Below, one piece after another: positions 35,901 through 45,957 of a DNA stretch of 64,000 bases (positions are counted from its first letter, which is position 1; the number at the start of each line of letters is the position of its first letter). Made by a program: the position numbers and the translations under genes. The DNA comes from a virus (taxonomy: Duplodnaviria; Caudoviricetes). Location: the IMG/VR virus record IMGVR_UViG_3300048853_000062, positions 4,853 through 68,852 of that record; one strand, given 5' to 3'. The notes below the pieces were generated by a model that had not been told where the DNA came from, ran no database searches, and saw only the letters and a program-made list of their open reading frames with translations.

Positions 35901-37846
35901 AAGCCCAGATCCAAACGGCCCTGGCCGTCGCCGCCGCCGAGAGCGGCTTCGACCCCACCATCTCCGGCGGCGTGCAAGGATCGGCCGGCCTTGTGTCGGG
36001 GCTGTATCAGCAGTCGCCGTCATCAGGGTGGGGGACCCTCGAGCAGGTCAACGATCCCGCCTACGCGATCAACGCGTTCTACGACGCCTACGCCAAGCAG
36101 CTGGAGAAGAACCCGAACGACCCACAGCTCGCGGCGGTGCTGACGCAGAACCCGCAGCTCGGATCCGCGGCGAAGGGGTCGGACTACTGGGGAGCCGTCA
36201 GTAACCAACTCGGACTGGCAGACTCGATCCTGAGCCAGGTCGGGCCAGACGTGAAGTCCACTCCAGGCTGGGACGCCGTTCTGGGCACACCGCCCGCTTC
36301 GCCGGCCTCGGGGACCCCGCCGCCGACGTCAACCCAGCAGTCGACGGGAACGTACGGACTGCCCGCGGGTACGGATACCGGGGGCTACGGCACCGGCAAC
36401 GCCGACACCTTCCCAGCGTGGGTGATGGAGCTGGCCAATCGGTTCGGGGTACTGCCGAGCACCTACGCCGAGCACCAGGAAACCGACCGCCACGAGCCGG
36501 GATACGCGCCCAATCCGCAGGGCCTCAACCGCGGCATCGACTGGTCGGGCTCGGTCGAGAATATGCAGGCGTTGGCCGACTACCTCAAGACCATCCCCGG
36601 TGCTCTCGAGCAGGTCATCTGGCGCAACCCGAACACCGGAGACGTCGTCGAGATCGCCGGCGGCAAGCCGGCGTCGGGCTACTACGGCGAAGGCACGCTG
36701 GCGGGCCATGAGAATCACGTACACACCCGTCAGTCGGCGCCTGTGCCGCTACCAGGCGGTGGGCTTGGCGCATCGGTGGGGCTCCCGCTCGGACCGACAC
36801 CGCAGTCCGCGCAGCCGGGCGTCGGGGCCGCGGCGGGTGCGGGCACCGGCCTAACTCTGCCGTCGGGCAAGTCGATCGACGAACTGCTCGACACCACCAA
36901 GCAGAACGTCTCGGTCAACGATCAGCTGCTCCAGTCCTACCTGCAGGGCAATCCGGCGCTGGCGCAGCAGATCAACGCCGCCCAGCTTCCCGGGGCCGGC
37001 GACGACACGGTGATGGGCACGCTGACCGACATCAGCAAGACCATCGACGGACTCAAGGCCCAGGACGCCGTCGGCAACAAGAACACCATCGACGCGCTGC
37101 AATCCACGCAAAGCAACATCGCGCAACAGCAGGGCTTCACCCAAGGGCCGAATCAGCTGCAGCAGGCGCAGACCATCGCGAGCAACGCCGCCGGCGCGAT
37201 AGGCGGAGTGTTCAAGGCCGCCCAGAGCGGACTCGATGCGCTGGCCGCGACTCAAGACATCGCCGACCGCCTGGTCTACGGAGTCCGGAACACCGAGGAC
37301 ATCAGCAAGATCGTCGACAACGTGCAGAAGTACATCACGTTCGCCGCCGACGTCCTCGCCGCCGCGGGCAGCATCGTTTCGCTCGCCGGATCGATGACCG
37401 GCGGCTCCGATTTCGGTGGCACCAGCGCTGCGGGGCAGGCGCTTTCGCTGATATCCAGCGTCCTGCAGGGCGTCAACGCCGCGATCGACTTCGGACAGCA
37501 GGTGTACGAGCTGACGATGGGCTACGTGGGCAAGTTCATGAGCGTGCTCACCGGACTCGGAGGGAGCGATCTGATGGGCAACGTGGGGTTCCTGCTGAAC
37601 AAGAACACCGGACAGCTGATCTCCTACAGCCACGACAACCCGGAGGCCAAGAACACTCACGAGGTGCCGTCGTGGATGCGGTCCTGGTACGACTACAACG
37701 GGCAGGGGAACCCCAATCCGCAGCAGAACACGCAGCTCAACATCTTCGCCGGACCCGGCCAGTCGCCGGGCCAGATGATGAACGAGAGCATGTGGATGGT
37801 CAACACCGGCGGCACCACCGGCGCTCTGGCCCCGGCTAACTTCTGA
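32915..37846 (+). CDS. Tape measure protein with C-terminal peptidoglycan-hydrolase domains
   Basis: 1643 aa, helical amphipathic repeats; ALAVAAAESG...GLYQQ (lysozyme-like) and STYAEH...GIDW...HENHVH motifs. Confidence 0.95.
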   Translation: MPDYSLGRAHGKIEIDYDGSGANKASRDLDSVTQSSAAADKSLTKTQRTVRDTERGMKSAGTEAEGYSARLKDVESASNDVTSAENRLKATLLDTRASLDDINDATDDLTEKRKRHAQAIDAERAAHKALSDGMNVGQRAASLFAGLIPNLNSGLDRLSTVTAEAGQQSSGLASKISSVAKVVAFLGPQGRAASAGLTLLANGMDEVGSSASSGSGLVSGFVKNIAAFEVEFGKIAGLSLALPSVGGLAGLGGAASIQGIVGVADAIRDLSGALGLLPSIISGVGFSMSTLQLAFRGVGDALTNMMADDPKAFLESIKNMGPAAAQSMLQIAGFRDQFKLAGGAVQDSFFRQIADDIAPLIQTWLPAVTAGMSQVAGVFGQLASYFAKLLMQPAATGAFQQFVDNLSAGLAALQPAIAPLLEIFTQLTVVGSSVFQEIAGHISHVLTFFAQLVDQAAASGELRQWIVTAVNGFGHLINIMYSVTSAFNTIMNVAEQFGGGGMLAWLEQLAEQLNQWTKSAEGQNALAEFFSAVRQATEAFTPMLGPLVQGIASIATAFTQLGIATAPGWQTFFDTFAATMAALAPQIVGMGPAINTFLTGLSQSFANLVATLGPQLPRIFQDLANAFVALLPQIPALAVVFVQLVEGVGPQLPKFFGAITDLIIALLPYVPTLIGFVRNLVSVMTWFIERGTGVVNWFTNFSKGVQDFVGKIPGALTKITDAITNFFDRLPDIALNAGRSMIRSLIEGITDNALTRGLGDAAKRVVDEVSSWFPQSPAKQGPFSGSGYTYVRGQKIVTDMAAGMASAQPSIEAAAAQTAQTASGALANATGGAPSPTGSSTTGSALLPDNIAGASTDILTAYLRHEFSDNRGLKGLAKDFGAILDVAKSGADLITQNVMQPLFEGLGMLPGAKTQAWRKKDPAEIAAEQQQELQRKALEGSGTTDEGPSWQDVVGPSAAAAPTGGGQVPLDVTASSSKTDIQKAIIAAGKARNMNEAQIQTALAVAAAESGFDPTISGGVQGSAGLVSGLYQQSPSSGWGTLEQVNDPAYAINAFYDAYAKQLEKNPNDPQLAAVLTQNPQLGSAAKGSDYWGAVSNQLGLADSILSQVGPDVKSTPGWDAVLGTPPASPASGTPPPTSTQQSTGTYGLPAGTDTGGYGTGNADTFPAWVMELANRFGVLPSTYAEHQETDRHEPGYAPNPQGLNRGIDWSGSVENMQALADYLKTIPGALEQVIWRNPNTGDVVEIAGGKPASGYYGEGTLAGHENHVHTRQSAPVPLPGGGLGASVGLPLGPTPQSAQPGVGAAAGAGTGLTLPSGKSIDELLDTTKQNVSVNDQLLQSYLQGNPALAQQINAAQLPGAGDDTVMGTLTDISKTIDGLKAQDAVGNKNTIDALQSTQSNIAQQQGFTQGPNQLQQAQTIASNAAGAIGGVFKAAQSGLDALAATQDIADRLVYGVRNTEDISKIVDNVQKYITFAADVLAAAGSIVSLAGSMTGGSDFGGTSAAGQALSLISSVLQGVNAAIDFGQQVYELTMGYVGKFMSVLTGLGGSDLMGNVGFLLNKNTGQLISYSHDNPEAKNTHEVPSWMRSWYDYNGQGNPNPQQNTQLNIFAGPGQSPGQMMNESMWMVNTGGTTGALAPANF

Positions 37847-38775
37847 TGACTAACACGTTCCCCCTCACGCTGCCGTTCACCTTCCCTCAGGCCAACGACA
37901 CTGTCGCAGAACCGGGTTCGAGGAATCTGCGCCCCTACCAGTGGCAAATCGGTGACCTGATCTTCGGCGAGCACACCAAGTACCCCGTCCTGGGGGTCAC
38001 CATCGCGACCTACAACGTGAACAACCAGGACTATCAGATCCCGTTGTCGAACGAGACGCGGATGGGTCAGGACACGCTGCAGGCCGGGCCGCTCACGTTC
38101 GCCATGGGCGTGTTCGACAACGCGCCCGTCTCGTTCGGCTACGACGCGCTGCCCAACGATCTGGTGCTCAAGTCCTCCAAGCAGCTGACGGCGTTGCAGC
38201 GGGAGTGGAAGGCCGACGACGTCCGCAAGCGGTGGGGTGTGCTCAAGCCCCTCGTCTACTGCGACGGGTACGGGGTAGTGCGCCGGATCTATGGGCGCCC
38301 ACGAAAGTTCACCTACACCCGCAAGCGCCCGGGCAGCCACTTCCACAAGGTCACCGCCGAGTACGCGCGCATCGACACTCTCACTTACACCGACACCGAG
38401 TACCGAGCGCTCCTGACCAACGGTGCCAACCCAGTCGGATACACCCGCGACGCCGGCGACGCCCCAGCCTGGTACCGCGTGCTGCTCACGGGTCCGCAGA
38501 CCAACCCGCTGGTCATCATCGGCGCCGATCAGATTCAGCTGCAGACCGTCATCGCCGCCGGCGTTTCGGTCGAGGTGAACAGCTACCCGTGGTCACGCCG
38601 CATCGTCGACACCAACGGCATCAACCGGCGAACCACCCTGATCGGAAACAGCAAGTACCTCGATCAGCTGACCATCCCCGCCGAGACATCGGTACCCATG
38701 TCGTGGGTCGCCACCGGCACCACCAGCGCAAGCGCATGCCGAGTGCTCTGGCGCGACGCCTACAACACCGTCTAG
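37846..38775 (+). CDS. Minor tail protein (distal tail-like)
   Basis: Immediately follows the tape measure gene; GRPRKF motif; 309 aa. Confidence 0.8.
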   Translation: MTNTFPLTLPFTFPQANDTVAEPGSRNLRPYQWQIGDLIFGEHTKYPVLGVTIATYNVNNQDYQIPLSNETRMGQDTLQAGPLTFAMGVFDNAPVSFGYDALPNDLVLKSSKQLTALQREWKADDVRKRWGVLKPLVYCDGYGVVRRIYGRPRKFTYTRKRPGSHFHKVTAEYARIDTLTYTDTEYRALLTNGANPVGYTRDAGDAPAWYRVLLTGPQTNPLVIIGADQIQLQTVIAAGVSVEVNSYPWSRRIVDTNGINRRTTLIGNSKYLDQLTIPAETSVPMSWVATGTTSASACRVLWRDAYNTV

Positions 38776-38784
38776 GAGCACACG

Positions 38785-39141
38785 ATGCCCTTGAGCAACG
38801 CCGCGATGACCGTCGGCGCCAACGCCATTCGCGCCGCACTGGGCGGCGTCCAACTGCATACCGGCAACCCCGGCGACGGTGGGGCCGCCAACAAGAGCAA
38901 CGCGCCCATGGTCGCGCCGTCGTGGACCGTTGTCACCGGTGACGGCGACTTCGGTCTGGCCGCTCCCGTCAACTTCACCGGTGCCACCCCCAACGGCCCC
39001 ATCACCTGGGTATCGCTGTGGTCGAACACCAGCGGCAGCGGCACCTGGTACGGCAACTTCCCGCTGTCGGGTGACCTGACCGCCGACGCCAACGGCAACT
39101 ACACCCTGACCGCACTACCGCTCAACGGGGCCTCCACCTAA
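38785..39141 (+). CDS. Minor tail protein
   Basis: VQLHTGNPG...ITWVSLW...GTWYG pattern of small tail proteins. Confidence 0.7.
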   Translation: MPLSNAAMTVGANAIRAALGGVQLHTGNPGDGGAANKSNAPMVAPSWTVVTGDGDFGLAAPVNFTGATPNGPITWVSLWSNTSGSGTWYGNFPLSGDLTADANGNYTLTALPLNGAST

Positions 39142-39143
39142 CG

Positions 39144-40934
39144 ATGCCCGGCACCGCGTCGGCCAGCTACTCCTACACCGGCGCCGCCACCGGCCTGCGC
39201 CCACGCAGCGCCACCGCCTCCGGAACCTTCGCCTGGTCCACAAGCGCGGCGGGCTTCAGCCCGAAGGCCGGTCAAGCATCGGGGAACTTCAGCTGGGGAC
39301 TGGTGCGCGCTGTCGGCGACAACGGCGAGTACCTGCCCGACGACCGGTTCCGCGTCATCGTGCAGGAGACCCGCGGCGGCGCGATCGTCAGCCGCGACCT
39401 CAGCGTGACCAACCTCGTCGTCCAGCGGTCCCTGTCCGCCGCCTGCGACATCCAGTTCGACATCAACCCCAACGACCCGTCCGCCCAGGGCATCTACTTC
39501 AAGCCGTGGAAGCAGTACATCCACCTCGAGAAGACGATGCAGGGCAAACGCAAGATCTGGGCGACCGGCATCGTCCAGCCATCCGACGTCGACGAGAAGA
39601 CCGGAATCCTGCACCTGAAGGCCAAGGGATTCGCCGGGTACCCCAAGGGCCTGCCGTGGCTCGAGGACCTCAACTGGGTGGCCAACGACGCCTACGAACC
39701 GGTCGTCGAGATCTGGCGTTACCTGCAGGAGTACCCGAATGGAGACCTCGGCGTCGAGGTGTTCCCCCAGTCCAGTGGCGTGGAGATGCTGCCCGGCTAC
39801 TCCTACGACGGCACCACGATGAGCTTGAACTTCTTCGCTACCTTCGTCCGGGCCGTCGACAAGCTGGACTGCGGTGACTACATCGATGCCCTGGCCAAGG
39901 ACATCCCGTTCGACTACGCCGAACGCAGCCAGTGGAACCACGACCGCACCGACGTCATCAAGAAGATCGAACTGGGTTACCCGCGGCTCGGCCTGATCCA
40001 GACCAATCTGGCGTTCATCCTCAACGAAAACGTCCTATCGGCCAAGCCGCACACCGAAAGTCAGATCGACTGGGTCAGCGACATCGGCGTGACCGGTTTC
40101 TTCCCCGGCTTCGAGTACAGCTTCGAACTGGCCAACGCCGACCCCACCAGGCTCCGGCGGTACTTGAACGAGGTCGACGCCAACGTCGACTCCAACGAGC
40201 GCGCCGCGGCGTGGGCGCACCGCCTGCTCGCCCGCCGCCAGACCCCGGCCTACTGGGAGAACATCACCGTCGACATGCACCACCCGAACGCCCCGTTCGG
40301 CATGTACGACGTCGGCGATACGATCACCGTCCGCGGATCGATGCCGTGGGTCGGTGACATCGCCCAAGACCACAAGATCATCGCGATCTCCGTCGACGAC
40401 ACGAAGAACGCGTGCACTCTCACGCTCAAGGCCGACGGCGAATTCAACTACGACCCGATCTTCTATCCCGACGGGTCGACGAACATCATCACCAACGACG
40501 GTTTCGACTACAACCTCGACGGCTGGACCCCCACGGGCCCGGGCTGGGACCACGACGCCAGCCAGGGCGTGGCGCGCCTGGGATCGGTCACCATCGCCGC
40601 CGACGGCACCGACCACGACCTGCTCACCCAGGCATACGGACTGAGCCGATTCCAGATCTTTCCTCTCGCTGTGAAGGTCAAGTGCACGGGTGCCGTGGCC
40701 ACGAGTAACGACGGTGTGCAGCTGGTCGCCCAGTTCTACGACGAGGACATGAATCCCACGACCGCCGTCAAGATCGCCAGCGTCACCAACCTCAGCGGAA
40801 CCGTGCCCTGGCAGACACTGAAGGGGAACGTATTGACTCCCACCGGCTCGACGAGGGTCGCGCTGCGTCTGCACGTCGGCTCTGAGATGTCCGCCGGCCA
40901 GGTGTGGTTCGACGACGCGGAAGTCAACCTGTGA
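39144..40934 (+). CDS. Minor tail (Tal/Gp37-like) protein with a C-terminal carbohydrate-binding-like domain
   Basis: IWATGIVQ, IELGYPRLG, GDTITV; terminal NIITNDGFDYNLDGW...VWFDDAEV jelly-roll pattern. Confidence 0.8.
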   Translation: MPGTASASYSYTGAATGLRPRSATASGTFAWSTSAAGFSPKAGQASGNFSWGLVRAVGDNGEYLPDDRFRVIVQETRGGAIVSRDLSVTNLVVQRSLSAACDIQFDINPNDPSAQGIYFKPWKQYIHLEKTMQGKRKIWATGIVQPSDVDEKTGILHLKAKGFAGYPKGLPWLEDLNWVANDAYEPVVEIWRYLQEYPNGDLGVEVFPQSSGVEMLPGYSYDGTTMSLNFFATFVRAVDKLDCGDYIDALAKDIPFDYAERSQWNHDRTDVIKKIELGYPRLGLIQTNLAFILNENVLSAKPHTESQIDWVSDIGVTGFFPGFEYSFELANADPTRLRRYLNEVDANVDSNERAAAWAHRLLARRQTPAYWENITVDMHHPNAPFGMYDVGDTITVRGSMPWVGDIAQDHKIIAISVDDTKNACTLTLKADGEFNYDPIFYPDGSTNIITNDGFDYNLDGWTPTGPGWDHDASQGVARLGSVTIAADGTDHDLLTQAYGLSRFQIFPLAVKVKCTGAVATSNDGVQLVAQFYDEDMNPTTAVKIASVTNLSGTVPWQTLKGNVLTPTGSTRVALRLHVGSEMSAGQVWFDDAEVNL

Positions 40935-43324
40935 GCAGCGGACTGCCCGGCTTCGGCGGACAGGGCTATGTCACATCGGAAACGCGGGCGCTGTCGTCGA
41001 TCGCCGAGACCCCCGGCCTGGACACCAGTTCCGGACAGGACGACTTCGTCCGGCTGCTGCAGGGTCACGACTACCAGATCAAATTCCTCGCCGGTCAGGT
41101 CAAGGACGCGCTGAAGGCCGCCAATGAGGCGAGCCAAAATCCGATCCAGCAGATCCAGCAGTTCGTCGCCGACATCATCGTCCTGCTCGGCGGCGGCGAA
41201 CTCGCCAAGGGCGCACTGGACTTCGGCGACCTGCAGTACATCCTGCCCGCCCTGGGCGCACTGTTCGGGTTCGGCGATGGCCCATTCCCGATCAGCCTGT
41301 TTGAGGCCGCCCAGAAGTTCTTCCTCGGCTACGTCGTCCCGCAGCAGCAGTTCGTGGACGTCATCAACAGCATCATCGAGGCGTGGCTCGGTGTCTTCGG
41401 CATCGACGAGGAATTCGTCTCCGACGTCAAGGCGCTGATCACCGCGGTCGGCGACTTGTTCGACGGGGTCAGTAACCTCTTCCCGTCGCTCAATGAACTG
41501 TTCGGCGCGCTCGGCATCGGCCCCGGTGACCTCGGCCCACTGGGGCAGACGCTCGGCCCAATCATCAACCTGTTCACCAACTTCGACCTCACCAAGTTCG
41601 GTGACATCATCGAGTTCATCACCGATGCCATCTCGCCGTTCATCGAGCAGCTGACAGCGATCATCAACTGGGTCAACAGTCTTCTCGCGCTGTTCGGGTT
41701 CGGCGGCGACGTCGTCAACTCACCGCTCGGCTCGTCGACGCAGCCGATCAACAACCTGATGAACTTCCTGGGCAACATCAACTTCGCGTCGCCTACGTTC
41801 AACCCGATCGCCGCGGCGGCTACGTTCATCACCAGCATCCTTTCCCCGACAGGGCTCATCGCTCAGCTGGTCGGGGGCTTGATACAGCCGTTCAACATCC
41901 CCGGGTTCGATGCGTCGAAGATCGTCTCGGGACAACTCGCCCAGACCATCATCACCGGCCTCACCAACGACATCGGCAATGCGCTGGGCTGGCTGGCCGG
42001 GTTCGTCAACGCCTTCACCGGACAGACCTACACCGCCGCCGACGTCAAGGCCGGCAACCTCACCGCCTCCGACGCCGCCCTGGCCGCCGCGGCGGCGGCA
42101 GAAGGCCAGCTGGCCAACTCGATCGCAGTGGCGAAGCTGCAGGCCCAGCAAGACGGAGACGTCAACTCCGGCATTTACAGCACCGACGACTTCGAGCGTG
42201 ACGCACCCACCGACATCAACGGTCCCGCCGGTGACGGATATTGGGCCACGACCAACACGGTCTCCGGCGGCCCCGCTGGCCGCTACACCATCGCCGGCGG
42301 CCACAGCGCCAGCTACGAACCCGGCGGCAGCGGCGCAACCCAGATCAGCCTGCACCGCCGCACGAAACCCGACGACGCCAAGACCCAGACGCTCTACCAG
42401 AAGGTCGGCGTGGTCATCGGCGGATTCACCGGCGACGGGCCGTCCTTCGGGCTCACACCGCCACGCATCCGCATCCGATGCCGGCTCAATCCCGCGGAAA
42501 CCGAAGAGGTCTTCTGCACGATCGATGTCAGCGGCTACGCACAGTTCGGCTACCGCAACGGATCCACCACCGACACCATGGTCGGCACATCGAAGTACGT
42601 CGGTCAGCTGTCCCCCGGAACGTCGTGGTACCTGCGGCCGGGCGACGCGGGCGGTCTCCGCAAGTTCGCCCTGCTGCGCTCCGACGGCGGCATCGTCCAC
42701 ACGTGGGACGACAACACCAACCTGTCGGCTGCGGTCGAGGGAGTCAACAACGGGTGGGGCTGGGGCGGCTACGCGTTCCCAGGCGGTGGTGTTCCACAGC
42801 AGAGGCCCCCCGACGCGGCGATCGTGTCGATCGCCGACAACACCCCGGCAGCAGTTCCTGGGAGCCAGTTCCGCGCGTTCCGCGCCTCGACCTCGAGTGT
42901 GAACCTCGGCAGCCGCGGCCCAGGATCATTCGGCGTCAGCAACAATTTCTACGACACCGTCGAGTACGCATCGTCGGACATGGTCTGGGACGCCGTGAAC
43001 CAAGCCCTCACGGTGAAGACCAAGGGCACCTACGCGATTCAGGTAGAAAACTACTCGGTCAGCGGTCTGAACATCGACGTCGAGTGGGGCATCTCCCTGT
43101 TCCGGGACACCGGCTCGGGAATGGTCGAGTTTCGCCGGTCGGGCAGTTATATGCCGTCGGCGTCCAACGCTCGGCTCCTGTCCGGCGCCATCAACAACGT
43201 CAGGCTGAACCCTGGAGACAAGATCAAGCCGGGCATCTACATCGGCACCTTCATCGGGGCGAACAACTTCGCCGGCGACGCCAATGGTGTGGTGGCCGAT
43301 TTCTCCGTGACGAAGGTGGCATAG
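40931..43324 (+). CDS. Minor tail protein (baseplate/receptor-binding)
   Basis: ~797 aa; N-terminal helical region as in mycobacteriophage tail proteins, beta-rich C-terminus. Confidence 0.8.
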   Translation: MSSGLPGFGGQGYVTSETRALSSIAETPGLDTSSGQDDFVRLLQGHDYQIKFLAGQVKDALKAANEASQNPIQQIQQFVADIIVLLGGGELAKGALDFGDLQYILPALGALFGFGDGPFPISLFEAAQKFFLGYVVPQQQFVDVINSIIEAWLGVFGIDEEFVSDVKALITAVGDLFDGVSNLFPSLNELFGALGIGPGDLGPLGQTLGPIINLFTNFDLTKFGDIIEFITDAISPFIEQLTAIINWVNSLLALFGFGGDVVNSPLGSSTQPINNLMNFLGNINFASPTFNPIAAAATFITSILSPTGLIAQLVGGLIQPFNIPGFDASKIVSGQLAQTIITGLTNDIGNALGWLAGFVNAFTGQTYTAADVKAGNLTASDAALAAAAAAEGQLANSIAVAKLQAQQDGDVNSGIYSTDDFERDAPTDINGPAGDGYWATTNTVSGGPAGRYTIAGGHSASYEPGGSGATQISLHRRTKPDDAKTQTLYQKVGVVIGGFTGDGPSFGLTPPRIRIRCRLNPAETEEVFCTIDVSGYAQFGYRNGSTTDTMVGTSKYVGQLSPGTSWYLRPGDAGGLRKFALLRSDGGIVHTWDDNTNLSAAVEGVNNGWGWGGYAFPGGGVPQQRPPDAAIVSIADNTPAAVPGSQFRAFRASTSSVNLGSRGPGSFGVSNNFYDTVEYASSDMVWDAVNQALTVKTKGTYAIQVENYSVSGLNIDVEWGISLFRDTGSGMVEFRRSGSYMPSASNARLLSGAINNVRLNPGDKIKPGIYIGTFIGANNFAGDANGVVADFSVTKVA

Positions 43325-43549
43325 ATGAACCCCCCCATGGGCAACCAAGAACCCGTTGTCATCACCGCCGACGTCGGAGCGGTCCGCCAAGACCCCGCCA
43401 CCAAGAGCATCGCAGTTCGCCGCGACGTACCCGACGGCCAACCGCTGCGCTGGGCAGTGATGACCATCAACGACGGCGGCCACTACGGCACCGACGACGA
43501 GGTCGCAGCATGGCAAGGATTGGTCGCGGCCACCGACGAGACACCGTAA
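43325..43549 (+). CDS. Small tail-region protein
   Basis: VGAVRQDPATKSIAVR...WAVMTINDGGHY. Confidence 0.7.
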   Translation: MNPPMGNQEPVVITADVGAVRQDPATKSIAVRRDVPDGQPLRWAVMTINDGGHYGTDDEVAAWQGLVAATDETP

Positions 43550-43845
43550 TGAGCACACTCAAGAGCAACTGGGCGTTCGGCGACTACTTCACCCCCGCAG
43601 ACGCCAATGCCATTGCCAAACAGGTCAATGCGAACACCGTGGCGGCAAGTACCTACACGCACCTACAGACCACCCCGGCCGCCACGTGGACCATCCCCAA
43701 CCCGTTCGGGCCGGGCGTTCACCCGGCCAGCGTGCTCGTCGTCGTCGGCGGTGAAGTCGTCGAAGCCGACGTCGACCTCTCCAACCTGACCAACGTCGTC
43801 ATCACCTTCGCCACCCCGCAAGCCGGCAGAGCACTGATCTCCTAA
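43549..43845 (+). CDS. Small tail-tip protein
   Basis: TAATG coupling; TWTIPNPFG...VEADVD...VITFAT module. Confidence 0.7.
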   Translation: MSTLKSNWAFGDYFTPADANAIAKQVNANTVAASTYTHLQTTPAATWTIPNPFGPGVHPASVLVVVGGEVVEADVDLSNLTNVVITFATPQAGRALIS

Positions 43846-43864
43846 CCGAAAGGACCACACCACC

Positions 43865-44662
43865 ATGGCCAAGAAGTTCCTCACCGGCATCGACCTCCAG
43901 AATCAGCGGGCCGTCAACGCCGCCGACCCCTCGTCCGCCACCGACCTCGTCACCAAGCAGTACGCGGACAACCTCATCGCCGCGAAGGCGTGGAAGGACC
44001 CCGTCCGCGTTGCCACCACCGCCAACGGCGCGCTGGCCACCGCCTACGCCAACGGCCAAACCATCGACGGCATTGTCCTGGCGACCGGCGACTCGATTCT
44101 GCTCAAGGATCAGACCGCCGGCGCGGAGAACGGCATCTACGTCGTCAACGCCGCCGGTGCCCCGACGCGCCGCAGTGATGCCGACTCCACCGGCGAGCTG
44201 CGCGGCGGCACCGCCGTCTACGTCCAGGCCGGTACCGCCAACGCCGACAAAGTGTTCGCGATTACCGCCCCCGACGCCGCAGTCACCATCGGCACCACCT
44301 CGATGTCGTGGGGGCAGGTCGGCACCGGCGGCACCTCCTACCTCGGCGGCGCCGGCCTAGCCCTGTCGGGCAACACCTTCAACGTCGGGCAGGGCACCGG
44401 CATCGTCGTCAACGCCGACGACATCGCCATCGACACGTCCGTTGTGGCACGCAAGTACTCCACCACCATTGGCGACGGGACGGCCACCAGCTTCGTCGTC
44501 ACCCACAACCTCGGCACCAAGGACATCCAAGGCGTGCTACGGCTGATCGCCAACGACGAGATCGTCGAGGCCGACCTGTTCGCGACGAGCGCCACTACCG
44601 CCACGGTCACGTTCGCAACGGCGCCGGCCGCAGGGGCTGTGCGAGTCACGATCATCGGCTGA
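43865..44662 (+). CDS. Tail fibre-like protein
   Basis: DLVTKQYAD, WKDPVRVATTAN, ILLKDQTAGAENGIYVV, FVVTHNLGT. Confidence 0.8.
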   Translation: MAKKFLTGIDLQNQRAVNAADPSSATDLVTKQYADNLIAAKAWKDPVRVATTANGALATAYANGQTIDGIVLATGDSILLKDQTAGAENGIYVVNAAGAPTRRSDADSTGELRGGTAVYVQAGTANADKVFAITAPDAAVTIGTTSMSWGQVGTGGTSYLGGAGLALSGNTFNVGQGTGIVVNADDIAIDTSVVARKYSTTIGDGTATSFVVTHNLGTKDIQGVLRLIANDEIVEADLFATSATTATVTFATAPAAGAVRVTIIG

Positions 44663-45957
44663 TGGCACGCCGCCAACTAGGCGTGGCAGCGTCGCGCCCC
44701 GACGACGCCGCCACCCGCGCCGACCTGGCATCAGTCAAGGACGCACGCCTCGAGATGTACGAGATGAACTTGGGTGACGGCACTCAGGGACCATTCACGG
44801 TGCCGCACAACAAGAACACCCGCACCGTGTTGAGCTGCGAGGTGATCAAAAACGTCGGCGGCGTCAGTCTCACCGCCGCGGAGCAGGGTGCCGTCGTCGA
44901 CTGCCAGTGGAAGCGCGACCCCAACGACCCACTGAACAAGGTCATCGTCGCACCTGACGAGGCGTGGGGTCTCAACGAGATGCGCATCGGCCTGCTGCTC
45001 GCGATCGGCGGCAGCGACGTCGCCGCCCCGTCCGCGCCGACGCTGACCGTCAACTCAGTCACCGACTCCACGATCACCGTGACCGCGGCCGGGGCGACCG
45101 ACAACGTCGGCGTCACAGGCATCAACTGGTACCTCAACGGCGCCTCCATCACCACCCAAGCCCCCGGCCAGTACACGTTTACCGGCCTCACCGTGCAAAC
45201 CGGCTACACCATCACCGCGACCGCCATCGACGCCGCCGGCAATCAGTCCCCGCTCGCAGCGACAAGCCCAGCCACCACGACCACCAACGGGACCCCGGTG
45301 CAGCGCCGCGCAGCCGGTACCTACGGACCGGGCTCGGGCTCGCAGTTCGCGTGGTCGGCAGCCTCCACCGTCAACGGCGTGCAAGTGGGCGACATCATCA
45401 TCGCCTACGGCATCACCTCCCACGTCAACGGCATCAACCCCTCCACCGGGTTCAACACGCTGACCATGACGTCCAACCTGGCGAACACCACCTTTACGAA
45501 GGTCGCGTCGATTGCGTCGAACTCCGGCAACAACGGCACGATGCACGTGTTCATCGCCACCGCGGGGACCGCCGGCAACCACGTCTGCACGTTCAACTCC
45601 AACTCGACTCCGTCGGGGCAGTGGCAGGACCGCAACAACTGCGTCGCCGCCGCCTACCAGGGCGTCGGCAGCTACCAAATCCGCAACACCACCCCAACCG
45701 GCGCGTCCGGCGCGCTCAACGCCGCCAACATCACGTCTGCGGCCGGCAACATGGTGGTCCTCGGTCTGGGCACCGATCAATCGGCGGTCGGCACACTCAC
45801 CGGCGGCACGCAACGCGTCGGCGGCGGCGCGTCGGGCAACGGGCAGATCGACTTCCTGTACCTCATCGATGCGCCCGGCGCCGCCGCGGTCACCATCACC
45901 GACACCGGCAGCCGTCAGCACACCTACATCGCCGTCGACCTCGTGAAGGCCGCCTAA
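44662..45957 (+). CDS. Tail-tip protein with an FN3 domain
   Basis: APSAPTLT...ATDNVGVTGINWY...YTFTGLTVQTGYTITATAIDAAGNQS. Confidence 0.8.
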   Translation: MARRQLGVAASRPDDAATRADLASVKDARLEMYEMNLGDGTQGPFTVPHNKNTRTVLSCEVIKNVGGVSLTAAEQGAVVDCQWKRDPNDPLNKVIVAPDEAWGLNEMRIGLLLAIGGSDVAAPSAPTLTVNSVTDSTITVTAAGATDNVGVTGINWYLNGASITTQAPGQYTFTGLTVQTGYTITATAIDAAGNQSPLAATSPATTTTNGTPVQRRAAGTYGPGSGSQFAWSAASTVNGVQVGDIIIAYGITSHVNGINPSTGFNTLTMTSNLANTTFTKVASIASNSGNNGTMHVFIATAGTAGNHVCTFNSNSTPSGQWQDRNNCVAAAYQGVGSYQIRNTTPTGASGALNAANITSAAGNMVVLGLGTDQSAVGTLTGGTQRVGGGASGNGQIDFLYLIDAPGAAAVTITDTGSRQHTYIAVDLVKAA

